NCBI GenBank assembly: GCA_051362555.1 | Contig: CM120642.1 | Span: 33,232,001 to 33,296,000 of the forward strand | DNA: 64,000 bases | Direction: 5' to 3' | Source: Lingula anatina | Lineage: Eukaryota > Animalia > Brachiopoda | Shown here: positions 32,232-44,167 of the stretch, one piece after another | How positions within the stretch are numbered: the first letter of the stretch is position 1 | How the letters are laid out: each line of letters begins with the position of its first letter | The notes under the pieces: model-generated | Seen by the model: only the letters and a program-made list of their open reading frames with translations | Database searches by the model: none | Told to the model about the DNA's origin: nothing | Program-made: the position numbers and the translations under genes

Positions 32232-35200
32232 TTACATAAAAAGTCCACCTGAAATAAAGAGCACATTGAACATTAACCTGAAAGGTGAACATTTTCTTAA
32301 ACAAAAATGGTCTGTGTTAAATTTTAGACTGGGCAATTTTCAGATTATCTTAATTATTTTAAAAGATCTTGTATTTGCTATAAACAAACCTGCTACTTCC
32401 AGACTTATTCCAGTTATGTAGCTGCTTCTATCCGAAGCCAAGAACAAACAAGCCTCTGCCACCTCTGTAAGAAACCATTTTTAATTGTTATAATTGTAAT
32501 CTCCTAAATAACATTGCAAGAGGACAAATCTTAGGGTTATGCTTACCTTCATGAATATATAACCAGCTTAAGGTCCATTATTTATTCTGTGCAAAGTGTG
32601 TTTATCATATTGCTAAATGCCACAGATATTTTGACACAGGAAAGCCTGCCAGCAGAAGAGAGAGAGAGAGAGAGATGTATTGTGTAGATGGTAGAAGGAA
32701 GTTTTGGTCCATGTCAACCTTCTGGTTTTCCTGTCCTGCCTGCTGGTATCAGGAGAGGGAGAGAGACAGAGAGAGAGTGACAGGGAGGGAGAGAGAGAGA
32801 GAGACAGAGAGAGTGACAGGGAGAGAAAGAGAGAGAGAGTGACAGGGAGAGAAAGAGAGAGAGAGACAGGGAGAGAAAGAGAGAGAGAGACAGAGAGAGT
32901 GACAGGGAGGGAGAGAGAGAGAGAGGGGGAGAGAGAGAGAGAGCCATGGCTAGGGCAGGGAGTTCTGATCCTTGTCAACCTTCTGGTTTTCCTGTCCTGC
33001 CTGCTGGTATCATCTTCCTCATGTTATCTATCACTTTCTCTGGCACAGCTTCTGTCATTGGAGTGTCTATGAAACCAGGCAGCACGGAGTTACAGCGAAT
33101 ACCATACCTAAGAATACAATAGAGTGAATCACAGAATTAGGATAAGACATAGAATAGAACAGAATCCAAGAAAAGATGTTATTTATGTCTTATCCTGAAA
33201 AAAATCAATAGACTTGAAAAAAGACATAATATAGGCCTACAGCAAATGCTCTCTTGAAATCAGACACATAGTTACAGTAAATACCTCCTTTACCTCCCCA
33301 TTTCCTTAGCTACTGTTTTGGTAAGCCCTTCTACACCAGACTTTGAGGCAGCATAATTAGCTTGACCAATATTGCCCACCTTAAAGAATAAATCATATTT
33401 AATACTTTAATATGGCCAGTAATTATATTTTGACTTATTATACCAGACTTCCATCTTGATGCACTTTAACTAGCAATGTGTTAACAATTTTCATTTCAAT
33501 AAAGAACACTGTACTGAGATAAAAACAACGTTCAAAAAGCTTTTAGTTAGATTTTTACTGTAAACTCTTTGTCATTTGAATGACTGTAAATTATGTTGGA
33601 TGGACCCTATATCACAAATTGCGTGCTTCGATTACCTTATATTGAAGGTAAAAAAATAATAATAATACCTTGATCAGGTTAAAACAAACCATTCAAAATG
33701 GATATTTCTTTTAGATTTTTCTCTGACAGTGACACAAATAATTTTTAAAAGTCCTATACTTATTAATTTTTGAGAGAAAAGCCCCTGGTAATCACGTAAA
33801 TTAATCTAAGTCACTATTTACAGTACTTACTTTACCCACTATACTAGCAATATTAACTATGGACCCAGGCTGGGAATTTTCCACCATTAACTGGGCTATG
33901 GCCTTGGTCATCAGATAAGTACCCTAAACAATCACATCAGTTGTAATAATAATAATAAAAAAGAAATGAATAGTCTCTAGAAAATATAATAAATAGCAGC
34001 TGCATTCTTTTTGGTATAAATATCTGTAGATCAAACATTAACAACCCCGATTTTTGAAGATTTTCTTCAACTTAGACTGCTGTTTTTCAAAAATATCATG
34101 GACACTTCAACAGGTTTTACTTACATTAATGAATATGAGTTTTACTGATATTTCTTAGTAAAAACACATAAACATATTTAGTAGTGCAAATTATAGGTTC
34201 AAAATATTAATCTTATATATAAAACATTCAAGAGGAATTATTGACTTCATAAACATGGATGCACGGTATTTTTACATGCAATCATCTTTGTTACCTTCAG
34301 ATTTACTTTGATAACTTCATCAAAACTCTTCTCATCAAGTTTTAGTAAAAAATTATCCCTGGTGATTCCTGCTGCATTAACCAATATGGATGGAACACCC
34401 TCGTACCTAGATGTTGTTTGTTAAATGTACATATAAGACATACTTAATCCAAAAACAAGACAACAATTCATTTCTTTTCTTTTATGTCAGACAACAGCCT
34501 ACGTTAAAAAAAAAATTCAAATGGGACTGGATTGAAACCAACAAAGAGAAATAACTTATAATTTATTCAATTGTCAAGAAGAAATACAATCCATTGCTCA
34601 TTTCTCACCTTTTTTTCACCATTCCAACCAAGTCCTCAACCACTTTTGAATCAGAGACATCTGCAGCAAACGGGTGATGGCAGTTTGGTGATGACGTAAC
34701 TGTATGGAAGGAAGTTAAATACATAAAAGTAACTTTATACTAAAACATGTTTAGGATGTTTTATCTGCATATCAACTGACCACACAACAGAAAAAATATT
34801 ATATATATATATATATTTTAAAACATCATTACATAATCCTGTTTTCATTAGAAATGCCAAATATTTACAATCTATAATTCCGAAAACTTTATACAGTATC
34901 TTCATTTTCTGAAGGCTAATCATAGTCAACTAATTAGAAGTATTAATACTTGGTTGTAGATCACCCACTGTCTTCTCAGCAGACGTTTGGTTGATATCTA
35001 CGGCAGCTACTGCAGCGCCCTCTCTTGCCAACACCTGGCATACTGCGCGTCCAATGCCACTTCCTGCACCTGAAACATACAGCCCCACAAGGTGAATAAA
35101 AAGTATGTCAAAATTAAACAAATTTACCTCAATATTCCCCCATGGGCCACAGATGTACATATTTCAATTTTAACACACCAACTGTACTAGAATAGTATTT

Positions 35201-36084
35201 CTATGATAAACTCAACAAATATTGAGGGGCTTACTTTCTTAAATTGCAACTATTTGGAGAAAGAAGGGGGGGGGGGGGTGGCAATTTTTTTTTTTTTTTT
35301 GGGGGGGGGGGTAGGTTGGGAGTGCAATTGCCTCAGTTTTTGCCAATATCTAGCCTAGCGTGTTAGGTTGGGAACTTAGGTAGGGGTGGATCCAGGATTA
35401 TTTAAAGGGGGGGGGGGGGCGCTGATGCAATGCAGCCCCCCTCCCCCCTCACACACACAAACATTTGTAGCATGAAAATTTATGCTAATAACGCATGAAT
35501 TTTCGTGCTAATTAACACATTAATTGGTGTGGGGTTCGAAGGCCTGCTGAAAGGCACCGGAAAATTTTGGTATTTTAGAGGGCGAATGGTGCCATTTGGT
35601 ACGGTTTAGAACTATGATTCATGTAGTTAAAATTCAAATTTCAAGAGGGGACCAGAAATCGAAGGAGGGAGGGGGGGGGGCCCGGGGGGTCAGGACCCTC
35701 TGGCCACTCTCTAAATCCGCCACTGTAAGGCAACTATCCAAATGCCAGCCTCATAGCAGCATTTTTGCACTTCACTACTTATAGGTCATAGTAATACAAG
35801 AACATCATCGTTAGTTATAACGCTGCTTGAACCAAGGAGTTACGACAGAACCTTCTGTTGTAACTCCTTGCCTGAACTCAATATTGGTACTGAACACTGA
35901 CAATAGCACATTTTGCAACGATTGCCATGTACATATACTAGTTATATTCATATTAGATCGAAATTCTAGTGTCGCTTCAGGTTTTTAACCGATCAAATAC
36001 CTTCTTGCAATTTTAATAATCTGTGGCAATATAAAATGTACCTGTTACTAGCGCGATGCGGCCACTCAACATGGCGGTCGCCAT
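32232..36084 (-). CDS. HSD17B8: 17-beta-hydroxysteroid dehydrogenase 8 / 3-oxoacyl-ACP reductase (SDR, 9 exons)
   Basis: [42 protein letters not shown] and C-terminal GGLFM. Exons about 36042-36084, 34950-35069, 34609-34699, 34295-34406, 33831-33923, 33294-33379, 32980-33107, 32390-32464, 32232-32248, in consistent phase. Confidence 0.92.
32755..32943. repeat. Compound (GA)n microsatellite in HSD17B8 intron 7
   Basis: Seen directly; flanked by a ~40-bp direct repeat. Confidence 0.9.
35382..35725. mobile_element. MITE family B in HSD17B8 intron 1
   Basis: Ends AGGGGTGGATCCAGGA / TCTAAATCCGCCACTG. Internal part shared with 14107-14290. Confidence 0.65.
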
Positions 36085-38108
36085 TTTGTCTAGTCACATG
36101 ATCACACGTTGAGCACGTCACTTTGTTCTCTGGCACTTGTGACATCTCCAGCAAAAATAACGTTAGTTATGTTATGATTGATAAATTTATCGACCAAGTT
36201 TGATATAAAGATGATGCCACCAGTCTCATTGCAGCCATATTGCCCGATCCATTTTTTTCTTTAGAAAACATCTTTTTACTAAAATACCACTTTTTTTTGT
36301 ATTTTTTTGTTTTTATTTTATTTCCCCTGCATCGTAAAAGATAAAACAACTTAAGATAACACCAATCAAAATTTATTCATAAATAAAAATAACAATAAAA
36401 AGATATAAAACTCACATCGGCGATAACGCGCAAGCTTGAGATAATGAGATATTACTACTATATAAGTACTTCTAACTATTGCTTTTTAAGGGTTTTCGTT
36501 ATGATTTATCACAAACTTTTATGCGTTAACATTGCTATTTACCAAATTACTGTATATTAACGCATAAAAGCTATAAGTATAGATAAATTATCACACGTGT
36601 CATGCATATCACAAAAAAATAAAAGGGATGCTAACACATGGATCTTTTTGTACTTTTTTCGGGTACATCCCTTTACCCCGTTCACCCGTTTTACTTATCC
36701 GACTCGTTGTTTCATTTTAAAATACGACACGCTTTTTTTTAAAGAATAAATGTTTACAGTTTTATTCAAAGAAAGAATGCGCATTCTCTGGACCGAAAAT
36801 GAGTAGTTTATCAATCTTTTTTATCCACAAATATTTGAGGAGTGGCGGTACGGGGGTATATAGCTGCGAGTAATATGCTGGGGGGGGGGGGGGGAGAAAT
36901 TATGGTAGGGAGCGGGGCTGGCAAAAAGAGATTATCCTTGTTATAGCGAACCCAAGAAACTGCGTTATTAATGCATTACCGCTTGCAAAGAACAACAGAA
37001 AATAACAGAGACACATCTTGACTACAATCACTTCGGGCACCCAGGGAGACATCAAGGCAGCAGCGGCACGGCACAAGACTGTGAAAATGGTCGCGTTACC
37101 CGGCGCAAGCTTGTTTCAGCGATTCTTTGCCTTTTTGTCTTATTCGACCAAGACACTTTTCATATGCGAGATAAGTAAGAATTATTATATATCAGCACAG
37201 CAGCATTTCTAAAACAGTATTGTATGATTGAGTATATGTATTAAAACCATAGACATAAAAACTTGCGCTTCTTTTTTTTTGGTTGGTGTAAGTGCAACAG
37301 GGGGTTTACCTTAGGGGAGAGGCCGCAGAGGCGGCGGGTCATTTTTCTTTTGCATCACTTTGCTCAACATTTTTGAATATAAAAAATAGTGACCATGGAG
37401 TAAATAATAAACAAACACATTTTTTTCTCAATTTATTATATTTTGATAAAGATATTTGAGCATAAATCATGCACACATCGCATTTTATCAATAAAGCATT
37501 CTCACTTTAGGGTCCCATGAACAGCATCTTAATTTTATACAATTCACAGTATTTACACATCGGCTAAATTGTTCAATTAACCAATAACTTCCCTTTTAAT
37601 TCAACATGATGCAAACATCTTTCTATATAATAGGAACATTTTTTCCAAAGACAATGAAACTTATTGTTGATTTTGGCTGATCTGACATTCACTACCAGTA
37701 CATAATTAAATGGATTACTCGACTGTACATCTATACACATGATATTAATACAAAGTCTTGTAGTTCATCTGTCATTAATACATGAAGCTTGTGCTTACTC
37801 TGTCAATTTGTTCTAGTACTTCCACACACAGGTCTTTTACAGTCCAGTAGAATATGACCTTATGATTCATATCTGTGAATCCTTTTTTTTCTGATGAACA
37901 GATCACACATATTTTATATGTAATATGCAATGACTGAACTCTCTTTTTAACAAAAGGACTGTTGGCTAAATTTCAGCATTTATAAACTGCCATGCCCAGC
38001 ATGCGCTTATGAAAATTCTTGAACATGAACAAGCGGGAGCTTGCTCAAATGTAAAGTGGTCTTTTTCCATATTGTATCCTCTTTGGCTGTTACACAGTTT
38101 GCTTCATA

Positions 38109-39937
38109 TTAATACACCTTCTCAACCACTTTCTTCTGTGTAGCAATGGATGGTAGTTTATGTTTGCTGGTCCTCAGTTCCCTCATCATTGCAGATTTAG
38201 TTTCTGGAGAGGCAGTGCTCAAAAGCTGGTCTGCGAAAAACATAGCCTGCAACAATACGAAATAAATGATTAGAAACCAATTTAACAAATTGCAAAGCTT
38301 TATTCCATATCTTAAAGGCCCATAAAAAGACAAGATAATAAATAAATAAATAAATAAATATCATGCACCATAAAAAAAATCTCACAATACTTTTTAGTCT
38401 TTTTTTCTGAAAAAATTTAAATGAGTGAGAAGGGTGACTGAGTAAACGGGAATTAAGACATCATAAACCCCATATATGATGCATTACCTTGGGAGCACTA
38501 ACTGTCTGCACTCCTACAGACTTTGTGAGCACCTTCTTCAGTCCACCAAGACGTGTAGTCTCAGACAGGTCCTTCATCTTCTCCACATGGGTCGGGATGG
38601 GCTGCTTTGGTCTGGGGACCAGCCCAAGGTCTCCCAGCTGGTAGTGGGGCAGGGTGCCTTTTTTACTGGGGGCTAACGGTGAGAGTGGGGCATCCCTGGA
38701 ATGAGTTATGATCTTATAATTAACTAGATTATTAATTTAGATATGAAAAATATAATAAATTCACTCTAATATAAATAAAGCAGACAAATACAATTTGTTG
38801 TGGGAATCTTTGCAGGCATATCATAATTTATTATGAACATTGAAATAACTTAAAATGTAATTTGGATTACTGTTTGAATGGCAAGTTTCATAAAATATCA
38901 TTCAGAAGACATATAAGAATAGTACAAAATTACTACAAAATTAAAAACAATATCAACTTAAGCATACTTCTTTGATTAACAAATAAGGTAAATAATGACT
39001 TTCTTTACAAGAGTCATAAATGATTAAAAGTTCCTTACCCTCTCCTAAAACCAAGTTTACTGCCAGGCATTTCACTGGCACTCCTGGATCTCTCCATCTT
39101 GAATTGTTTTCCCATAGCAGATGGATCTGGTCCCACCCCCAGGGCGGCAGCACTGTTCAAGATCACCAAAAGGTGCTCTAACATGTTGTCCCGTTTCTCC
39201 ACCTCGTTCAAGTCTACTCTGTGGTCCTCGTCTCCCCATGCCTCTCCGGTATTCTGAAAACATCGATAACAATTTTGTCAGCTTTGTGATGCAATAGATA
39301 TAAGTTTAAAACCATATATGGTGTAAATGAGCAAAAATGTTCATTAGCTTGTTAGTTGGATCATAAATGAAAATTATCAAACACAAGCCGAAATATTTTC
39401 ATACTGCCTGATGAAAGCCTACGTCCAGTTTGGCTGTAAGCTAACGGTATGAAAGTATTTCAAATTCTGTTTCATAATTTTCATTTATTATCATACTGGG
39501 TGTAATATCTTCACTTTTTCTTTATTCAACTTTTCATAAGCATGGTGTTGATGAAAGGCGTATCTTAGAATAAAAAATTAAGATATTTCAGCAATGACTT
39601 CACATATTAAAACTTTTATATTGACATTTTTGTGTGGAATTAATAAACCATAAATTAAGTAACTTACACTCAAAACAAGTTTCAAAGCCAGTGCAGCATC
39701 TGACAGTATCTTCTCAAGTTTTTTCTTGTTCTTTGAAGTTTCTCTCAGTTGCTGCTGGTTGCTTTGTAAATCTGTATCCAACTGTTCATTTTCTTTGGCT
39801 AAACTCTGGATCTCATCTCTGTAGAAAAAAATTGTTTTAGTGATAAATATTTTGCAATCATTATCATTTATAAAGGAGGGTGATGAACATATTATATTGA
39901 AAATTACATTCATACATGTGTTAGAATACCCCCCCCC

Positions 39938-39971
<34 letters not shown>

Positions 39972-42900
39972 AAAAAAAAACAACAAAAAACACATGGTAA
40001 GGGTTTTTTTAACTTAACATGTACCAGTAAGTTGGCTGAATGGCTTACAAAATTTTTGGGTTGGTTGGGTTCCCTGTAATTTGATGACCAAATTGCAGCT
40101 TCACATGTTGGGACTCCCTGTACCTTATAATCCTGAGAAAACCCCTGCTGTTTACTTTAAATATGTTTTACTCCATCTTTACTACTTACCTGGAGGATTC
40201 CACCTGTTGTCTGAGGAGGTCAACTTCAGACTCCATCTCCTGGTATTCCTGCTCACGGAGCTCAAACTCTGCTATCATCGCCTCCTGACTCTTACATTTC
40301 TCTGTTAACATGCGAATCACCTACAGAAAGTATAGGGATAAGTATATAAATATCGCAGGAACCATAGTAAATAATTGATTTTCAGTTAACGTGGAAATCA
40401 CCTGCAGAAGATATAGGGATAATTATTTAACATCAAAGAAATCGGAGTATACAGCTGATCACATAAAGCAGACTTACTTTGTTAAAAAATAAATGAATAA
40501 ATAAATAAAAAAAAATAAATAAATTATAATAATAAAATAAATAAATAAAAGACAAAAACAAAAATAAAATAAAATGAAAAATAATTATTTGAATAGATTA
40601 AGATAAAAAGCAACTACGTTTTGAAATTAAAAAATCAAAATTAACTAAACATAAATTAAAAAGGACACAGAAAAATTGCATTGAAGAGATATTTTATGAA
40701 ATAAACTAAATCTTGACTGCCTTTTGTCATTTATAAATCTGCAAAGAAGAAACTTCTTTGCCCTAGCAGACTGTGGTAGTGTGCGGTATAAAATTTTTCA
40801 TTTACCTTTAAGTTACTGTGGTTTTTCTTAGCAAGTTCTTTTTCATTTGTCTCCAACATATCAATCTGCTGCCTCTGCTTCTTTTCCTTTCCTCTGAAGT
40901 CATCATTTTCCTGAATTAGCTCCATTGTCTTATCTGACATTTTCTGCAACTGAGCATTGATGGCAACATTTTCTCTTATTGTCCTTTTTGTTGTTTCTGC
41001 CATCTGTTTGTTAGAAACCTTTCTGAACTCTGCTGCTACATTGTTCACTCTAATTACCATGTCTTTTTTTAGTCTGAAAAAAAAAAAAGGTTTCATTTAA
41101 TCATTACAATAATACATACAAAGGTATTACCTACAAGAAAAGTGGATATTACTGTCCAATGTCAATTTGTTAATAGCTAGGCACTACAGGTATATCATTT
41201 CCTTGATTCATAACATCTATACCTAAAACTTTTCCAGGCATAGATGTGATGAATAAGGAAATGACTGGAATGTACAATAGCCACAGCACTATGTTCTAAG
41301 TAGAAATTGTTTTTTCCTTTTTTATTTGGAATGAAGGAGAATATGTACTGTAACAATTAATATAATTCTGAAACCAGGGATGGATTGAGGTCGTCTTCTG
41401 GGTCTTCCGGAAGATGGTCAGATTTTTAAGTTTACATTGACTGGTATCTAATTTTTTTCAATTTGAAGACGGCAAAAAATGGAGGACGGCTCAACAGAGG
41501 TAATTTGGAAGACTGTCAGAGAATACCTCTTAATTCACCCCTGGGACATCTCCTCTCCCCCTCCCCCCTGGCTAGGGACCAGGTAACAGCTCTAAAGCTA
41601 TCCCCACACGATCCTCACCTGTCTTTGTCAACTACAGATTTCCTCTCCATATCATAAATGGTGTTCTTGAACTCCTTCTGCTGCCTTTCCAGCTCAGCCT
41701 CCAAGTTGGCAAACTTCTGCATCAGGTCCTCCTTCTGCACCTTGAACTCTTCCAGGGAGGACAGTTTGCCAGCTGGAATATAAATGGAGATATGGAATAC
41801 AAATGGAGATATAGAATACTCGGCTGTACAGGGAAAGGTTTAGATTGAACAAAACGAGAGAAAAATGTACAGCGTAAGTATCGCTTATATGTGCATTTGT
41901 GCTCCCAAATATAAGGCTCATGTAAGCAAACATCAATTATCATTTCTGAGGCCTGAGTGTGTTTTAAGAATTTATGTTCTCCTTTTTTGACATCACAGTT
42001 TGTAACATCAAGTTCTGCACTGTAAACAGATTATTAACAGATTGAAATACAATTCTATACTTTGCTAATTAAATAATAACAGTGTACCAAAGTTAAATTT
42101 CATGAAATATAGTTTAATATATTATTGATTAAAATCTAAGTGGGTATGGAACTAGATGTTTATGTCTACAGGGACATGTTGGGTTCTTCACTTTCAAGGA
42201 ATATATCTGAATTACACACCTAAAATTAAATTATCTGAGGTCAGCTGGTCTTTTGTTTCCTGATAGTCAGCTTTAAGTTGGTTCAGCTGCTTTTCATATT
42301 CCTCCTTCTCTGAATCTTTGAGCTGTTGGAGACCCACCAGACGATCATTCAAATCTGCTATCTCATCAGCTAAAAATGAAAAAATAACAGTGTACGCTAT
42401 GGACTGAAACTTCTACTGGCTCATGTCAAGTTGTTTAATAACAAATGAAATTAAGCCAGCATACTGTATACCTGGTAAATAATTAATTTAATGTATGAAA
42501 AATGTTTTTAAAAAAATTTACAGACAAATATCAAGTGAGTTCAGCTAAAAGTGACTAGCTCAAACAAACCAAAAGAGAGTACTCATAAATCTTTTTTTTT
42601 TATATTTTGGCCAGCTTAAAGCTATCTTAATCATCATCAGGGAAATGACGCCAAACTTACTCTTTGTTTCAAGAGACTTTTTCAGGAATTCAATGATATC
42701 CTTCTTTTCTCTCTTTTCCTGGTTATAGTCATCTTGGTATTTGCTATTCTGAACCCCAAGCTCATCGCATTTTCTCTGGTACCTGATTTACAAGAACAAA
42801 CAGTCAGGATAAAATGGAAACATCTTTTTGTAAATGTTTATAATCACTGATAATGAATGCAGTGGTTGGAGAATTGTGAAATAAATAATTCTATAAGCTT

Positions 42901-43217
42901 ATAGTAATCACCCAGATCTAATAATAACATTTGAGTTTTGATTACTTAAAATATAGTCACCTCCACCAATTAAACTGAAACAGTTCTGCCATAAAAAATA
43001 CATTAAAAAAAGTACCATTAATCATGATGTTTTGTCCCTTATGAACCCATTCTTACCTCACAAGTCTGTTTTCCAAATCTCTAATTTGCACAAGAAAGAA
43101 CTCTTTTCCCAGCGAGTCTATATTCCCCACTGCTGTCTGGGCACGAGAGGTGGCTGATTTCTTCCCAGATTTCTTCCCCTTCTTCTTCTTAGCACTCTTC
43201 TTCTTTTTGGGAGGCAT
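38109..43217 (-). CDS. CFAP157: Cilia- and flagella-associated protein 157 (coiled coil, ~10 coding exons)
   Basis: N-terminus MPPKKKK...KEFFLVQIRDLENRLVRYQRKCDEL; RLKKDMVIRVNNVAAEFRKVSNKQMAETTKRTIREN; conserved YAMGK. Exons about 43057-43217, 42661-42782, 42220-42369, 41619-41772, 40807-41072, 40189-40320, 39668-39818, 39038-39253, 38488-38695, 38109-38245. Confidence 0.87.
39390..39461 (+). other. Degenerate minimal type I hammerhead-like motif (Penelope-type relic)
   Basis: A 17-bp stem GAAATATTTTCATACTG / CGGTATGAAAGTATTTC encloses CTGATGA, stem AGCC/GGCT and GTAA where the catalytic core has GAAA. Confidence 0.45.
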
Positions 43218-43789
43218 GATGACAGTGAGTGTCCCCCTCTAGTTTATCTAAGAGTAAACATATTTAATGTTAATTTTCCTTTGAAATACATGTATACATA
43301 TACCTAGCATATACTGGTAGTACACAAACTCATTTACGTAAATTTGTGCATTTTAGGATAGCATTATAAAAATCGCTTGATTACTTACAACTATAATTTG
43401 TGTTAAAAAGATAAAGACCCTTTATTCTCTAACCTTTAACACGTTGTGTAATAACTACATGTAAATATTGCCGACAGTATGCCGCTCCCATTTATGCATA
43501 TCAGGTGAAAGTCTGTGTGTTTAATGGTGTGCATGTGATCAAGAACTGTATACTGGTTGTCGAAGTGCATATTAAGTATTATGATATATTTTGAGTAGGA
43601 AATATTCTACAAAGGCGAAATGCAAAAAACAACTAAGGTAAAAAATATACTTGAAACAGAGACGCCAGAGACGAATTTTGAAACATGAATTAGATCATTA
43701 AAAATCGTGATTATCCTGCCGACATGTTAAGCATTGCAACCTATTCTACATAATTAATTCTTTGAAATAATAACTTTACGAAAAAAAGT

Positions 43790-44167
43790 ATTACCTACCA
43801 CGAAGGAATATGGCTTCTTGTTGTCAAGCTGTAGTGACGTCACCACAATAGCAACAAACATGGCGGCTTTACCCATGATTCTATATTCATTTATGTATAT
43901 TCATTATTTTTGTCTATGCAGTGAGCTTATTATCCGCATATTTATACACTAAATATACTTTTATAGATAAATCTTATAAACCTCACTTCAACAGTCATAT
44001 AATTTGTTGATCTCTGCACATTGCGATTACCGAAATATAAACAATGTGATCACGTGGGCTGAATCTGTAACTGACATGTGCTGAACCTCAAGTAGTGTTC
44101 GCACAGTGGGCGCGCCTTTGGAGGGTGGCGCACTGCCGTCTCCCTGATGGGAAGACATACTATCACT
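43790..44167. promoter_or_regulatory. Putative bidirectional promoter CFAP157 / PIGC
   Basis: Head-to-head genes. Palindromic CRE GTGACGTCAC 43834-43843, X-box half site TAGCAAC, YY1-like AACATGGCGGC and E-box TCACGTG at about 44050. A minus-strand donor at about 43793 suggests a non-coding first exon of CFAP157. Confidence 0.6.

Noticed and set aside
32613-33072. ORFs rich in ER/RE or SL dipeptides
   Set aside because: Products of the (GA)n microsatellite.
36167-37212. Short ORFs with good-looking start contexts (MAAMRLVASS on minus; MVALPGASL on plus) between HSD17B8 and CFAP157
   Set aside because: No downstream exons or recognisable homology could be assembled.
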